UHGV virus genome: UHGV-0321984
Strand: one strand, 5' to 3'
Length of the DNA: 39,521 nucleotides
From: a virus
The notes beneath the pieces are model-generated. The model was not told where the DNA came from. It was given only the letters and a program-made list of their open reading frames with translations, and ran no database searches. Position numbers and translations under genes: made by a program. How positions within the stretch are numbered: the stretch's first letter is position 1; every line of letters begins with the position of its first letter. Positions 7,053 through 14,913 of the stretch are shown piece by piece.

Positions 7053-7802
7053 TTAGAATGGTGCTTTTGATTGTCTATTAGCTCGTTCTAGCGCTTTTTT
7101 CTTAAGATAGGCTTCTTGGTCGATTGCCCATTCAGGAAGCTTCTCTCGTCTCCCTGTGCGCTTGTATCCACTGCTTGCGCTCTTAGATTCATTTTTTTCT
7201 TTTCTTGCCCAGCTTCGAATAGTTGCCAAATAGTTTTTATAAGTCTTACCAGATGATTCACAATACTCAGATAGCCGTTCTATTCGTTCTTGATAGTCAT
7301 TAGGGAATTCTATTTTGAGTTTCTCCATCTGCTCATCTGACAAAAGAACATTTTTATACTCTCCGTATTTATGACGGATGGGCTTAGCCTTCGATTTTTT
7401 CGAAGGCGGTAAGTCTCTTATATATTCTTTTGTATTATTAAATGTATTATTAATAGATGTATTATTATCTTTGACTTTTTCGTCAATAGAGGTATTGCGT
7501 TTTTCGTCAATAGGGTATTGATTAATTCGTAGGTACCTATTGATTATTTGATTGGTACCCTCTTTGTAAATGATTTCCCGATTCAAGTATCCAAACTTAA
7601 TCAAATCACTTACCCATCTCGATATGGTCTCTTTATTCACACCATATAAATCTGCAAAGTACTCATTGCCTGCCCAACAAAAGCCTCTTTCATTACACAA
7701 GGCCGTTATCTCTCCGTATAACAACTTAGTATTTGGTTTAAGTCTTTTGTCGTACCTTACGTTGGCTGGTATAATCGCATAATAACTTCGATGTTCTGTC
7801 AT
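7053..7802 (-). CDS. Phage replisome organiser / DnaD-like replication initiation protein
   Basis: N-terminus MTEHRSYYAIIPANVRYDKRLKPNTKLLYGEITALCNERGFCWAGNEYFADLYGVNKETISRWVSDLIKFGYL, typical of the Phage_rep_org_N domain. A low-complexity linker is encoded by the iteron DNA. Confidence 0.7.
   Translation of the reverse strand: MTEHRSYYAIIPANVRYDKRLKPNTKLLYGEITALCNERGFCWAGNEYFADLYGVNKETISRWVSDLIKFGYLNREIIYKEGTNQIINRYLRINQYPIDEKRNTSIDEKVKDNNTSINNTFNNTKEYIRDLPPSKKSKAKPIRHKYGEYKNVLLSDEQMEKLKIEFPNDYQERIERLSEYCESSGKTYKNYLATIRSWARKEKNESKSASSGYKRTGRREKLPEWAIDQEAYLKKKALERANRQSKAPF
7431..7560. repeat. Probable origin of replication: iterons embedded in the replisome-organiser gene
   Basis: TGTATTATTA x3 (7431, 7444, 7460). 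TTTTTCGTCAATAG(A)GGTATTG x2 (7475, 7500). TATTGATTA x2 and two GGTACC palindromes (7531-7558). Confidence 0.5.
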
Positions 7803-7804
7803 TT

Positions 7805-8491
7805 TTACCCTCCAATATTTAACTTTTTGATTGTTTCCTGGTTTAATTTGATCCCTTTGATTTGATATTTATTTTTGAAATTAATCACACCTATTTTATG
7901 CTTCTCTGTGTGATGGATTCTGCAGAGTGCTGCAAATGTGTACTCTGAATGATCAACTTCCTTGCGCTTTCGTCTTCCCAGCGCCTTGTCAAAGTGATCG
8001 ATATCAGCTCCTGTTTTGCCACAGATGCAACAAACTCTTTTTGTGATGCATTTGTAGAAGTAATACTCTTGATTCGCGGGTAAAATCTCATAGCCTTCTT
8101 TGAAAGGAATATGATGTTCAAAGATGAAATCTAAGATGATATTTGCTAAGACATTGGCATCACTCACAGTTGTATTCGATTCGTCTTTCAGGCTTATTTT
8201 GCGCCCTGTGACACCTTCAAAACGGAAGTAGAAGAATTCCTTCCAGAAGTCCGTTGGCATGCCTGTATCGATAAAAATATCGCCTATCAGCGCATAGATG
8301 AAGTTTCGTTGCTGTACGGTGAAACGTCTAGGATCAATAAAACGAATTTCAATGACTCGATCGCCATCGTAGCCGTCATACATCGTCTTTAGTCGATCAA
8401 TGTTCACTTCTTCATTGATCGTTGCACCTATGTCTTTTCCTTTGAACTTTTTCAGAACCGCTGAATATGAATCGATTAATGGTTTAAACAC
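7805..8491 (-). CDS. Putative HNH-like (HNHc_6-type) nuclease
   Basis: C-terminal Cys/His cluster CCICGK...DIDH...CRIHHTEKH. Found next to SSAP and replication genes, as in related phages. Confidence 0.45.
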   Translation of the reverse strand: MFKPLIDSYSAVLKKFKGKDIGATINEEVNIDRLKTMYDGYDGDRVIEIRFIDPRRFTVQQRNFIYALIGDIFIDTGMPTDFWKEFFYFRFEGVTGRKISLKDESNTTVSDANVLANIILDFIFEHHIPFKEGYEILPANQEYYFYKCITKRVCCICGKTGADIDHFDKALGRRKRKEVDHSEYTFAALCRIHHTEKHKIGVINFKNKYQIKGIKLNQETIKKLNIGG

Positions 8492-8496
8492 TCATA

Positions 8497-9231
8497 TCAC
8501 TTCTCTTTTGTTTCTTCTCTGTACTGATCTTCAAGCCAATTAACGCCTCGTTTTAGAATGCCCAAGTCTCTCTTGGTCCATTTACTGTCATCAGCGGTTA
8601 TAGAAGCCGCATCAGTCAATGCAACAATTGCTTCATCAATTGATTTTTCGTACTTGTTAGCAACCAGTTGTAAAGCATCTAAGAATAGCTTTTTGCTTCT
8701 TTGGCTAGCTGGTTCAAGCATCGAGACATCTTCTGGCATATCTTCGCCAGCAAATATATATAGCCCTAGCCCAAACATCGCTAGATTTTTTACAAGACAG
8801 CGCATGATTGTTTTATTGATATCAAACATCGTTGCTGCTTCAACTCGCTTTTCGATTTTTCCAACAATCTCTTTTTTCTTCGTTTCGTTATTCAACTGAT
8901 AATCATTGACTTCGTAGGTATATGGCTCATCTTTCATTGCCTTGTTTGCACCATCCATGACTGGTAACCACATGTCACGCTTTACTCCGTTGACTGTGAT
9001 ACTGGTAAAAACCATATAGCCTGTTTTTTCATCAAAGAGGTATGGACGATGCGTTTCTGGATCACGATAGATTTCGTAGTCTACTTCTTCGCAGATTTTG
9101 CTGACTTCTGCCCACGCCCATGCCCAAGACAGATAAGTTAGTTTGTTTCTTTTTTCGACAACATCATTGACGGTTATCTTGTACAGACTATTGAATAATT
9201 TGTTATCGTTGCGTTTCGTTCCTTCACTCAT
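8497..9231 (-). CDS. Putative single-strand annealing protein (Sak/DUF1071-like recombinase)
   Basis: YLSWAWAWAE motif. Position in the recombination/replication module. Start taken at ATG 9231 (RBS GGAGG, 8-nt overlap with the upstream gene); the track's longer ORF runs to 9291. Confidence 0.45.
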   Translation of the reverse strand: MSEGTKRNDNKLFNSLYKITVNDVVEKRNKLTYLSWAWAWAEVSKICEEVDYEIYRDPETHRPYLFDEKTGYMVFTSITVNGVKRDMWLPVMDGANKAMKDEPYTYEVNDYQLNNETKKKEIVGKIEKRVEAATMFDINKTIMRCLVKNLAMFGLGLYIFAGEDMPEDVSMLEPASQRSKKLFLDALQLVANKYEKSIDEAIVALTDAASITADDSKWTKRDLGILKRGVNWLEDQYREETKEK

Positions 9232-9565
9232 CAAATTCTGCCTCCATTTCAGCAATGTATTTCTTACCTGATCCGTAATAAGAGATATCAATCAAGTTAT
9301 CTCTGTCGTACTCTTCTAGTGCATCAATCAAGCCATCTTCGATGACATAGATGTATTCAGGTTTTCTTGGCTGCTTCCATAGATGGATAAGGTAGACATG
9401 TCCCCAAATACTCACAAAATTGCCCAAATCGTCTTGATCACATGCTAGTTCTTCATCCGTCAAAAGATTACGTCTGATTTTTCGATTGCTTGTTTCCTTG
9501 ATATTCGATTTGCCCCAACTAGGATCAGTCAAATATTGATCTAGAGTGGAAAGTTCTTTTTCCAT
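9224..9565 (-). CDS. Hypothetical protein (113 aa)
   Basis: ORF, RBS AAGGAGATG. Confidence 0.45.
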   Translation of the reverse strand: MEKELSTLDQYLTDPSWGKSNIKETSNRKIRRNLLTDEELACDQDDLGNFVSIWGHVYLIHLWKQPRKPEYIYVIEDGLIDALEEYDRDNLIDISYYGSGKKYIAEMEAEFDE

Positions 9566-9620
9566 GTGGTAACATCTCCTTAGATGTATTTTCTTTGTGA
9601 CTCTATGCTTGCCGGCGGAG

Positions 9621-9749
9621 TCACTTTTTTATTTGTTGCCATGCTTTTTGCTTTTCGATATGCTGCTTGCTTAAAATAATAGGACGGTTATTGGTCCACC
9701 AATTATCAGCAATCACTTTACCGATTTTTAGCGCTTCTTCTCGTGCCAT
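9621..9749 (-). CDS. Small hypothetical protein (42 aa)
   Basis: Not in the track. Strong RBS AAAGGAGCAA. MAREEALKIGKVIADNWWTNNRPIILSKQHIEKQKAWQQIKK. Confidence 0.3.
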   Translation of the reverse strand: MAREEALKIGKVIADNWWTNNRPIILSKQHIEKQKAWQQIKK

Positions 9750-9891
9750 AGTTGCTCCTTTCTTTTGAATCAAGCAGATTGATTAAAACCATCAATGCTG
9801 CGAACAAACTTCCCCCGATAATACTTTGGTGTGCTACTATCACTAATAGCCCTAGGATGAATCCTATAAAAAGTGTGTCTGTCTTCTTCAT
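9718..9891 (-). CDS. Small membrane protein (57 aa)
   Basis: Not in the track. ATGA overlap with the upstream stop; RBS GGGAG. MKKTDTLFIGFILGLLVIVAHQSIIGGSLFAALMVLINLL... Confidence 0.35.
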   Translation of the reverse strand: MKKTDTLFIGFILGLLVIVAHQSIIGGSLFAALMVLINLLDSKERSNYGTRRSAKNR

Positions 9892-10076
9892 AATCTAATC
9901 TCCCTATTTTTTATTTCTAGCATTCTCAAATCCTCAAGTTCAGAAGCGATTAGTTCAGCTTGTCTATCTGATAGCTCATCGGCTTTTCTAAGCGCTTCAC
10001 GATCATCTTGTAATTGTTTCCTGCGTTGTTTAATCAAACGGAGAATTTGATGTTCTTGTTGCAATGTGTAGGACAT
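9888..10076 (-). CDS. Hypothetical coiled-coil protein (62 aa)
   Basis: ORF, RBS AAAGGAGAA. Confidence 0.45.
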   Translation of the reverse strand: MSYTLQQEHQILRLIKQRRKQLQDDREALRKADELSDRQAELIASELEDLRMLEIKNREIRL

Positions 10077-10096
10077 AAAATCATTCTCCTTTGCCT

Positions 10097-10381
10097 TTAG
10101 AACTCAAAGTTTTCTTTCAAAAATCTTTGGAGTTCTGATCGTTCAATTCTGATGTCTAACTTACTCCACTGCTGTGTTTTTAAGCCTAGGTTTATCCAAT
10201 GTGCTAATTTGTCATCACCAATGCCTAAAACTTTTTTTACCTCTGATTTGTTTGGATATGGAGGAAGCTCCACTGATTTATTCATAAGGTGTAATCGTTC
10301 TTCCAAAGAATTAAGCACTGCATTCGTGATTTGTGTAGTTAATTCGGAAACTACTAAATTATCTGGAATTGTTATTTGCAT
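10097..10381 (-). CDS. Hypothetical protein, possibly DNA-binding (94 aa)
   Basis: ORF, RBS AAAGGAGAAAAA. HTH-like segment SEVKKVLGIGDDKLAHWINLGL. Confidence 0.45.
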   Translation of the reverse strand: MQITIPDNLVVSELTTQITNAVLNSLEERLHLMNKSVELPPYPNKSEVKKVLGIGDDKLAHWINLGLKTQQWSKLDIRIERSELQRFLKENFEF

Positions 10382-10571
10382 AATTTTTCTCCTTTTCTAA
10401 TTCTGCTAGCACTGCCTCAATTGGCTTGATTTGTTTATCTGGCTTTCTACGTCCATTCATAATATCCGACATGTATGCTGTTGAAATACCAAGCTTTTCA
10501 GCTAACCAAGCTTGACTCTTGTCATGCGTAGCTAGCGCCACACGCACTTTTAAAATGAAGTCCTGCGACAT
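10359..10571 (-). CDS. XRE-family HTH protein (Cro-like)
   Basis: WLAEKLGISTAYMSDIMNGRRKP is a helix-turn-helix of the XRE type. Confidence 0.6.
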   Translation of the reverse strand: MSQDFILKVRVALATHDKSQAWLAEKLGISTAYMSDIMNGRRKPDKQIKPIEAVLAELEKEKNYANNNSR

Positions 10572-10573
10572 AA

Positions 10574-11350
10574 CTATCTCTCCTCTAATAGATCAATTTC
10601 TGGAATATATCCTTCTTTTTTTAGCGACTCATAAATGAACAAACGTCCTTTTTGAGTCCATTTAGTATTCATCACAACTTTTGTTCCGCCATCAGATTTC
10701 GGAATCTCAGTTGTATGAGATTTTGTATATCCTTGTCTCATATGTTTCTTACATAATAACCATTGATTGCCTACTTTTTTCTGAATACCTAGTTTATGAA
10801 GTAATTTATTCATCTGTTGTGGAGACATCCCATAATCTGCTGCAATCTGACTAATTGTTACTGAATCTGTAGAAGATAATATGCTATCTAAATACGAAAT
10901 TTTGGGTTCGTATTCTGCAATTTTTTGTTCTGCGATTAGTCTTCCAGTACGTTCTTCTTTCAACTTAGTTGCTAATTGGATGATTGTATCTGGATTAAGC
11001 AAAGCTTCTTCTACTTTTTCTGGAGTTAGATAACCTCCATGTTTTCTAATTGCTGGCAACACTTCACTTGTTACCCATCGTTTGAATTTTTTGGCAGAAG
11101 GAAGTTTTGATTTTAAGATTAAACTATAAAGGCCTGACTCGTTGATGATCGTCATCTCTCTTGATTGACCTGAGGTCGTGATTCGCGACCCCATCTTATC
11201 TTCCAAATCTACATGCCGCGACAAAGCATCTTTAGTGTTTGAATAACCTAAAACACTCGCAATGTCTTTACCTACAAAATATGGTTCATCATTTACTAAA
11301 ATGGTCCGAACTTCGTTTTGTTCAAAATTAAAAATTTGTGGTGTGTTCAT
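10574..11350 (-). CDS. Phage antirepressor (Bro-N plus KilA-C domains)
   Basis: N-terminal Bro-N signature (IFNFEQNEVRTILVNDEPYFVGKDIASVLGYSN) and a C-terminal KilA-C-like region. Start taken at ATG 11350 with RBS AAAGGAATGA; the track's longer ORF runs to 11380. Confidence 0.75.
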   Translation of the reverse strand: MNTPQIFNFEQNEVRTILVNDEPYFVGKDIASVLGYSNTKDALSRHVDLEDKMGSRITTSGQSREMTIINESGLYSLILKSKLPSAKKFKRWVTSEVLPAIRKHGGYLTPEKVEEALLNPDTIIQLATKLKEERTGRLIAEQKIAEYEPKISYLDSILSSTDSVTISQIAADYGMSPQQMNKLLHKLGIQKKVGNQWLLCKKHMRQGYTKSHTTEIPKSDGGTKVVMNTKWTQKGRLFIYESLKKEGYIPEIDLLEER

Positions 11351-11402
11351 TTTTTCATTCCTTTCTTTGATATAATTCACTTGTGAAAGTGAGGTGATAA
11401 AA
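11351..11402. promoter_or_regulatory. Compact bidirectional promoter/RBS module, copy 1
   Basis: TCATTCCTTTCTTTGATATAATT...GAAAGTGAGGTGA. Minus-strand RBS for the antirepressor, plus-strand TATAAT, and plus RBS GAGGTG for ORF 11403. About 80% identical to copy 2. Confidence 0.45.
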
Positions 11403-11828
11403 ATGGATACGAAAGAATACTTTGAAATTTATTCAGTTATAATAAATGTGTTTGAAAAAAATAATCCTAAAGATATGTTTGATTTATTTTCAGAGCTTCA
11501 TGATACAGATTTCATCCAATCAAGATTGAAGAATGGTTTTCCTCCTAAAGAGCTATCTAAATTTACGCTAGATACCGTAGATAATTTACTTTCAGACGGT
11601 TTGATTAAAGGCAAAAAGATTACTACAAAATCTGGTCCTATTTACATGTTTGATGGAATGACTACAGAAGGACGAAAGTTTCTATTGAATACAAACAATA
11701 AATCTAGTCAATTTGTTGAATACGTTAGGGATAACGGAATACCATTAGACCCAACTTCGATTTCAAAAGCTGTAATTAATTTTCTGTACTTTGTTTTTCG
11801 TAAGAAGCCGCAACAAAACTTAAGTTGA
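11403..11828 (+). CDS. Hypothetical protein (about 142 aa), rightward gene inside the early region
   Basis: Long ORF with RBS GAGGTGA 7 nt upstream of ATG 11403. Confidence 0.5.
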   Translation: MDTKEYFEIYSVIINVFEKNNPKDMFDLFSELHDTDFIQSRLKNGFPPKELSKFTLDTVDNLLSDGLIKGKKITTKSGPIYMFDGMTTEGRKFLLNTNNKSSQFVEYVRDNGIPLDPTSISKAVINFLYFVFRKKPQQNLS

Positions 11829-11964
11829 CTATCACTTGTTCAGGTGATAGTTCTTCTATTTTTACAGAATCTTCAATTACAAACTCCAACTTAAATCCAT
11901 CAATGTAAACAGCCCTTTCTGTTTCAACGACTTTATGACTTGGTTTTGGATACTCAAAAGGCAT
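11776..11964 (-). CDS. Hypothetical protein (62 aa)
   Basis: ORF whose 5' region (AAAGAAAGGAATGAGCAA-ATG) repeats the antirepressor RBS module. Confidence 0.4.
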   Translation of the reverse strand: MPFEYPKPSHKVVETERAVYIDGFKLEFVIEDSVKIEELSPEQVIVNLSFVAASYEKQSTEN

Positions 11965-12018
11965 TTGCTCATTCCTTTCTTTGGTATAATTTTGAATAGA
12001 AAGTGAGGTGAAAATAGT
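11965..12018. promoter_or_regulatory. Compact bidirectional promoter/RBS module, copy 2
   Basis: TCATTCCTTTCTTTGGTATAATT...GAAAGTGAGGTGA between divergent ORFs 11964(-) and 12019(+). Confidence 0.45.
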
Positions 12019-12240
12019 ATGGAAGAATTTAATATGGATGTCGATGCCTTATTCAAACAAACCGTATTCAAGACTGTTAATAAAGAATTCAAAATAGATT
12101 TCCAAAATGACGAATCTTTTCCAACAGAAATTGAGTTATTCGAAGAATTTTCTCGGAATGTTTCTGAGTCTTTTTCTCGCCAGTTGCAAAAGAATTTTTT
12201 TGATGCTCTTGTGGATGAATTTCATCAACAACAGCACTAA
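12019..12240 (+). CDS. Hypothetical acidic protein (73 aa)
   Basis: Module TATAAT plus RBS GAGGTG upstream. Intrinsic terminator immediately downstream. Confidence 0.45.
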   Translation: MEEFNMDVDALFKQTVFKTVNKEFKIDFQNDESFPTEIELFEEFSRNVSESFSRQLQKNFFDALVDEFHQQQH

Positions 12241-12310
12241 ACTTTTGGTCTTTAAAATTTAAAGTTATTAAAGCTCCTTTTGCGGAAGGAGTTTTTTTAT
12301 TTTGTTTCAT
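12089..12310 (-). CDS. Doubtful antisense ORF (73 aa) fully overlapping 12019..12240
   Basis: Perfect SD AAAGGAGG 7 nt before ATG 12310. However, it is in the antisense frame that is most often open by chance, and it reads through the plus-strand terminator. Confidence 0.2.
   Translation of the reverse strand: MKQNKKTPSAKGALITLNFKDQKFSAVVDEIHPQEHQKNSFATGEKKTQKHSEKILRITQFLLEKIRHFGNLF
12274..12304 (+). terminator. Rho-independent terminator
   Basis: CTCCTT-TTGCGG-AAGGAG stem followed by TTTTTTTATTTTG. Confidence 0.6.
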
Positions 12311-12337
12311 GATTTTTCCTCCTTTTCTTTAAATATG

Positions 12338-12570
12338 TAAGCTAATAAAATTAGCTAATTTTATTGACAGTTTCTAAAAAGTTTTGTAGAATAAGTGCAT
12401 AGTTAAATAAGCACAGAATTACCCTATAAATTAACATTCTAAGTTTCCCGACCTTGAATTTGTTTACTTTATTAGGTGTCTTTCTTATTGCTTGTTAGCT
12501 TATTAAATTAGCTTACGAACATATATTACTATAAAGTTTTGTAGATGTCAACGATTATCTACAAAGTTTT
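12338..12570. promoter_or_regulatory. Genetic-switch operator cluster
   Basis: Palindrome AGCTAAT-AAA-ATTAGCT (12342-12358). TTAGCTTA direct pair (12496-12517). AAGTTTTGTAGA at 12381 and 12535. Palindrome TTGTAGAT-N10-ATCTACAA (12539-12564). Confidence 0.45.
12364..12392 (+). promoter_or_regulatory. Repressor (lysogeny) promoter
   Basis: TTGACA, 17 nt, TAGAAT; near-consensus. Overlapped by an AAGTTTTGTAGA operator copy. Confidence 0.55.
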
Positions 12571-12607
12571 TAAGATGTGTTTTAGGCATGATCGGAGAAT
12601 CATTATT

Positions 12608-12955
12608 ATGACAACATTTGAGAGAGTAAAAATGTTAGCAGATAAACGCAAAATATCTATTGTCGAATTGGAAGAAAAACTTAATTTTAGTAAAAATTCA
12701 CTTTATGCGTGGAAAAAGAGTAAGCCATCCATTGATAAACTAAATGCAGTTGCTGACTATTTCCATGTTTCAACAGATTATTTGCTAGGACGCACAGATG
12801 ATCCTAACGCGGGAGTTGCACCAGAGGAAAGAAAACTAACCGTGGAAGAAGCTTTAGCATCTGTTATGAGTAGCGACGGAAAACCGCTCACCGATAATGA
12901 TAGGGAAATACTATCAGCTATGATTGAAGCATATTTAGAGAAAAAAGATAACTAA
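12608..12955 (+). CDS. XRE-family phage repressor (CI/ImmR-like), about 115 aa
   Basis: HTH: MLADKRKISIVELEEKLNFSKNSLYAWKK. No S24 peptidase domain. Start taken at ATG 12608 (RBS GGAG); the track's longer ORF starts at 12545 inside the operator. Confidence 0.7.
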   Translation: MTTFERVKMLADKRKISIVELEEKLNFSKNSLYAWKKSKPSIDKLNAVADYFHVSTDYLLGRTDDPNAGVAPEERKLTVEEALASVMSSDGKPLTDNDREILSAMIEAYLEKKDN

Positions 12956-12963
12956 ATAAGTAG

Positions 12964-13386
12964 GTGAGTCATTTGGACAGTCAAATTGAAATGATAATTA
13001 ATGAACTCGGCGTTAAGGTAGAAGAGCGTGAAAACCTTGATGCCGATGGCCATTATGTTGCTTGTATGAATACCATAGTAATAAAAGCTAATTTATCTAA
13101 GTATAGAAGACAAAGAACCTTATTACATGAATTAGGACACGCTTCTAAACATCATGATAATTATTTTTTATATAATTTAGCATTCTCTCTCCATTCAAAA
13201 ATGGAATATGAGGCTGATCGCTTCATGATTGAAAAATTATTAGATAGATATATTGCAAAGTCTGAATTAGAACCACACAATATCAATTACATGAAATTTA
13301 TAGAAGATAACAATTTAAGCGTTCGCTTCGAACCACTTGTGAAAGAATTATTAAAAGCTCGCATCTATTGTTATGCAGCTCTCTAA
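12964..13386 (+). CDS. ImmA/IrrE-family metallopeptidase (anti-repressor protease)
   Basis: HEXXH motif LLHELGHASKHH. Immediately downstream of the XRE repressor, as in ICEBs1 immR-immA. The true start may be TTG 12973. Confidence 0.7.
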   Translation: MSHLDSQIEMIINELGVKVEERENLDADGHYVACMNTIVIKANLSKYRRQRTLLHELGHASKHHDNYFLYNLAFSLHSKMEYEADRFMIEKLLDRYIAKSELEPHNINYMKFIEDNNLSVRFEPLVKELLKARIYCYAAL

Positions 13387-13404
13387 AATTTTTTAAGCAA
13401 AAAA

Positions 13405-13416
13405 GAACATATGTTC
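13405..13416. promoter_or_regulatory. SOS-box-like palindrome GAACATATGTTC
   Basis: Perfect GAAC-N4-GTTC core (AGAACATATGTTCA) 22 nt upstream of the RBS of ORF 13439. Confidence 0.35.
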
Positions 13417-13438
13417 AAAAATAGAAAGGTGAAAAAAA

Positions 13439-13750
13439 ATGATATATACAGAATTCAAAGAATGGTTAGAAAAAAACACAACCGGATACGAAACATTTAT
13501 CATCAAAGCTACTAATTATCAAATTGAAAAAAACAAAAATAGACCCCCAAAAAAACGCTGGGATGATAAGAAAATAGATAAAGCTGTATTAGAAATGTGG
13601 AAACAAGTCGTGACTAACTTGTATCAAACAATTCGTAAAGAAAAAGGAGTTCCATTAATTAACGGGAGGGAAATATGGCTTGAATTTATAGAGGAACAAG
13701 GACTGATCGAATTTTTCAATGATAGCATGGCAGAATTAGAATTTGAATAG
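13439..13750 (+). CDS. Hypothetical protein (103 aa) between immA and int
   Basis: ORF with RBS AAAGGTGA. Confidence 0.5.
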   Translation: MIYTEFKEWLEKNTTGYETFIIKATNYQIEKNKNRPPKKRWDDKKIDKAVLEMWKQVVTNLYQTIRKEKGVPLINGREIWLEFIEEQGLIEFFNDSMAELEFE

Positions 13751-13758
13751 GGGTAATA

Positions 13759-14910
13759 TTGATGGCAATGATAAAACAATATAAAAAGAAAAATGGCGAA
13801 AAAGCATGGTACTTTAAAACTTATCTCGGTATTGATCCGCTAACAGGAAAGAAAAAATATACTACTAAAAGAGGATTTAGAACACAAAAAGAAGCAAAAA
13901 CAGCACTTTCTAGGTTAGAACTAGAATTACAAAAAACAGGAATGCCCACAAGTACAAATACTACTTTCAAAGAAGCAGCAGAATTATGGCTAGAAAGCTA
14001 TAAAAAAACTGTAAAAGAAAGTTCATATTCAAGGACTAAAATAATCTTTAACAAACATATATATCCCAAATTTGGAAATATTAAGCTTTCTAAAATTAAT
14101 ACGGCATATTGTCAAAAGGTAGTAAATGATTGGAGTGAAAAAGGAACTTCAAAGCAGTACCCTCTTTTCATAAACTATATGAACAAAGTTTTTAAGTATG
14201 CTATAAATATTGGTTTAACATCTGATAATCCAACATTAAATTTACTTATTCCAAAGCCACAAATTAAAACAGAAAAGAAATTAAAATTATATACAAAAGA
14301 ACAGTTGGAATTATTTCTAAATGAAGTATCTCAAGAACAGAATCTATATTTTAAAAACAGAGACTATACGCTCTTTAGACTATTAGCATTCAGCGGATGT
14401 AGAATCGGCGAAATATTAGCACTCACTTGGGACAATATTAATTTTAAAACAAATGAAATGGCCATTAAAAAAACTGTAGCTCGTTCAGATAAATATTATA
14501 TATCTGAAACTCCTAAAACCAAAAAATCAAATCGAATAATTTATTTAGATGAAAAAACTATAAAGCAACTAAAATTTTGGAAGCTCGAACAAAGAAAGTA
14601 CTTATTTCAATTAGGATTTACTAAAGCTAATTATTTGTTTACCAATGACGAAAATAATTTCACAATTAATCAGTCAGTGGCAGAAAGATACAATATATAT
14701 CGTGAGCGTGCCGGCTTACCTTATATCGGTCTACATGGTTTTAGACATACACATGCATCAATGCTATATGAGGCAGGCGCAGATCACAAAGAAGTCCAAG
14801 AAAGAATGGGCCACGCAAATATAAAAACTACTATGGACACATATACACACATTACTAACAGCAAAAAAGAAGAAACAACACAAAAACTAACAAATTATAT
14901 TAACTTCTAA
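13759..14910 (+). CDS. int: Tyrosine site-specific integrase
   Basis: 383 aa. N-terminal arm-binding-like domain. C-terminal catalytic R...HxxR...Y signature (LHGFRHTHASMLYEAG...GHANIKTTMDTYTHI). Confidence 0.9.
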   Translation: MMAMIKQYKKKNGEKAWYFKTYLGIDPLTGKKKYTTKRGFRTQKEAKTALSRLELELQKTGMPTSTNTTFKEAAELWLESYKKTVKESSYSRTKIIFNKHIYPKFGNIKLSKINTAYCQKVVNDWSEKGTSKQYPLFINYMNKVFKYAINIGLTSDNPTLNLLIPKPQIKTEKKLKLYTKEQLELFLNEVSQEQNLYFKNRDYTLFRLLAFSGCRIGEILALTWDNINFKTNEMAIKKTVARSDKYYISETPKTKKSNRIIYLDEKTIKQLKFWKLEQRKYLFQLGFTKANYLFTNDENNFTINQSVAERYNIYRERAGLPYIGLHGFRHTHASMLYEAGADHKEVQERMGHANIKTTMDTYTHITNSKKEETTQKLTNYINF

Positions 14911-14913
14911 GAA

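Noticed and set aside
7891-8121. 76-aa minus ORF nested inside the HNH-like nuclease gene, and the plus ORF 8558..8899
   Set aside because: Both are alternative-frame or antisense ORFs inside well-supported longer genes and lack RBSs.
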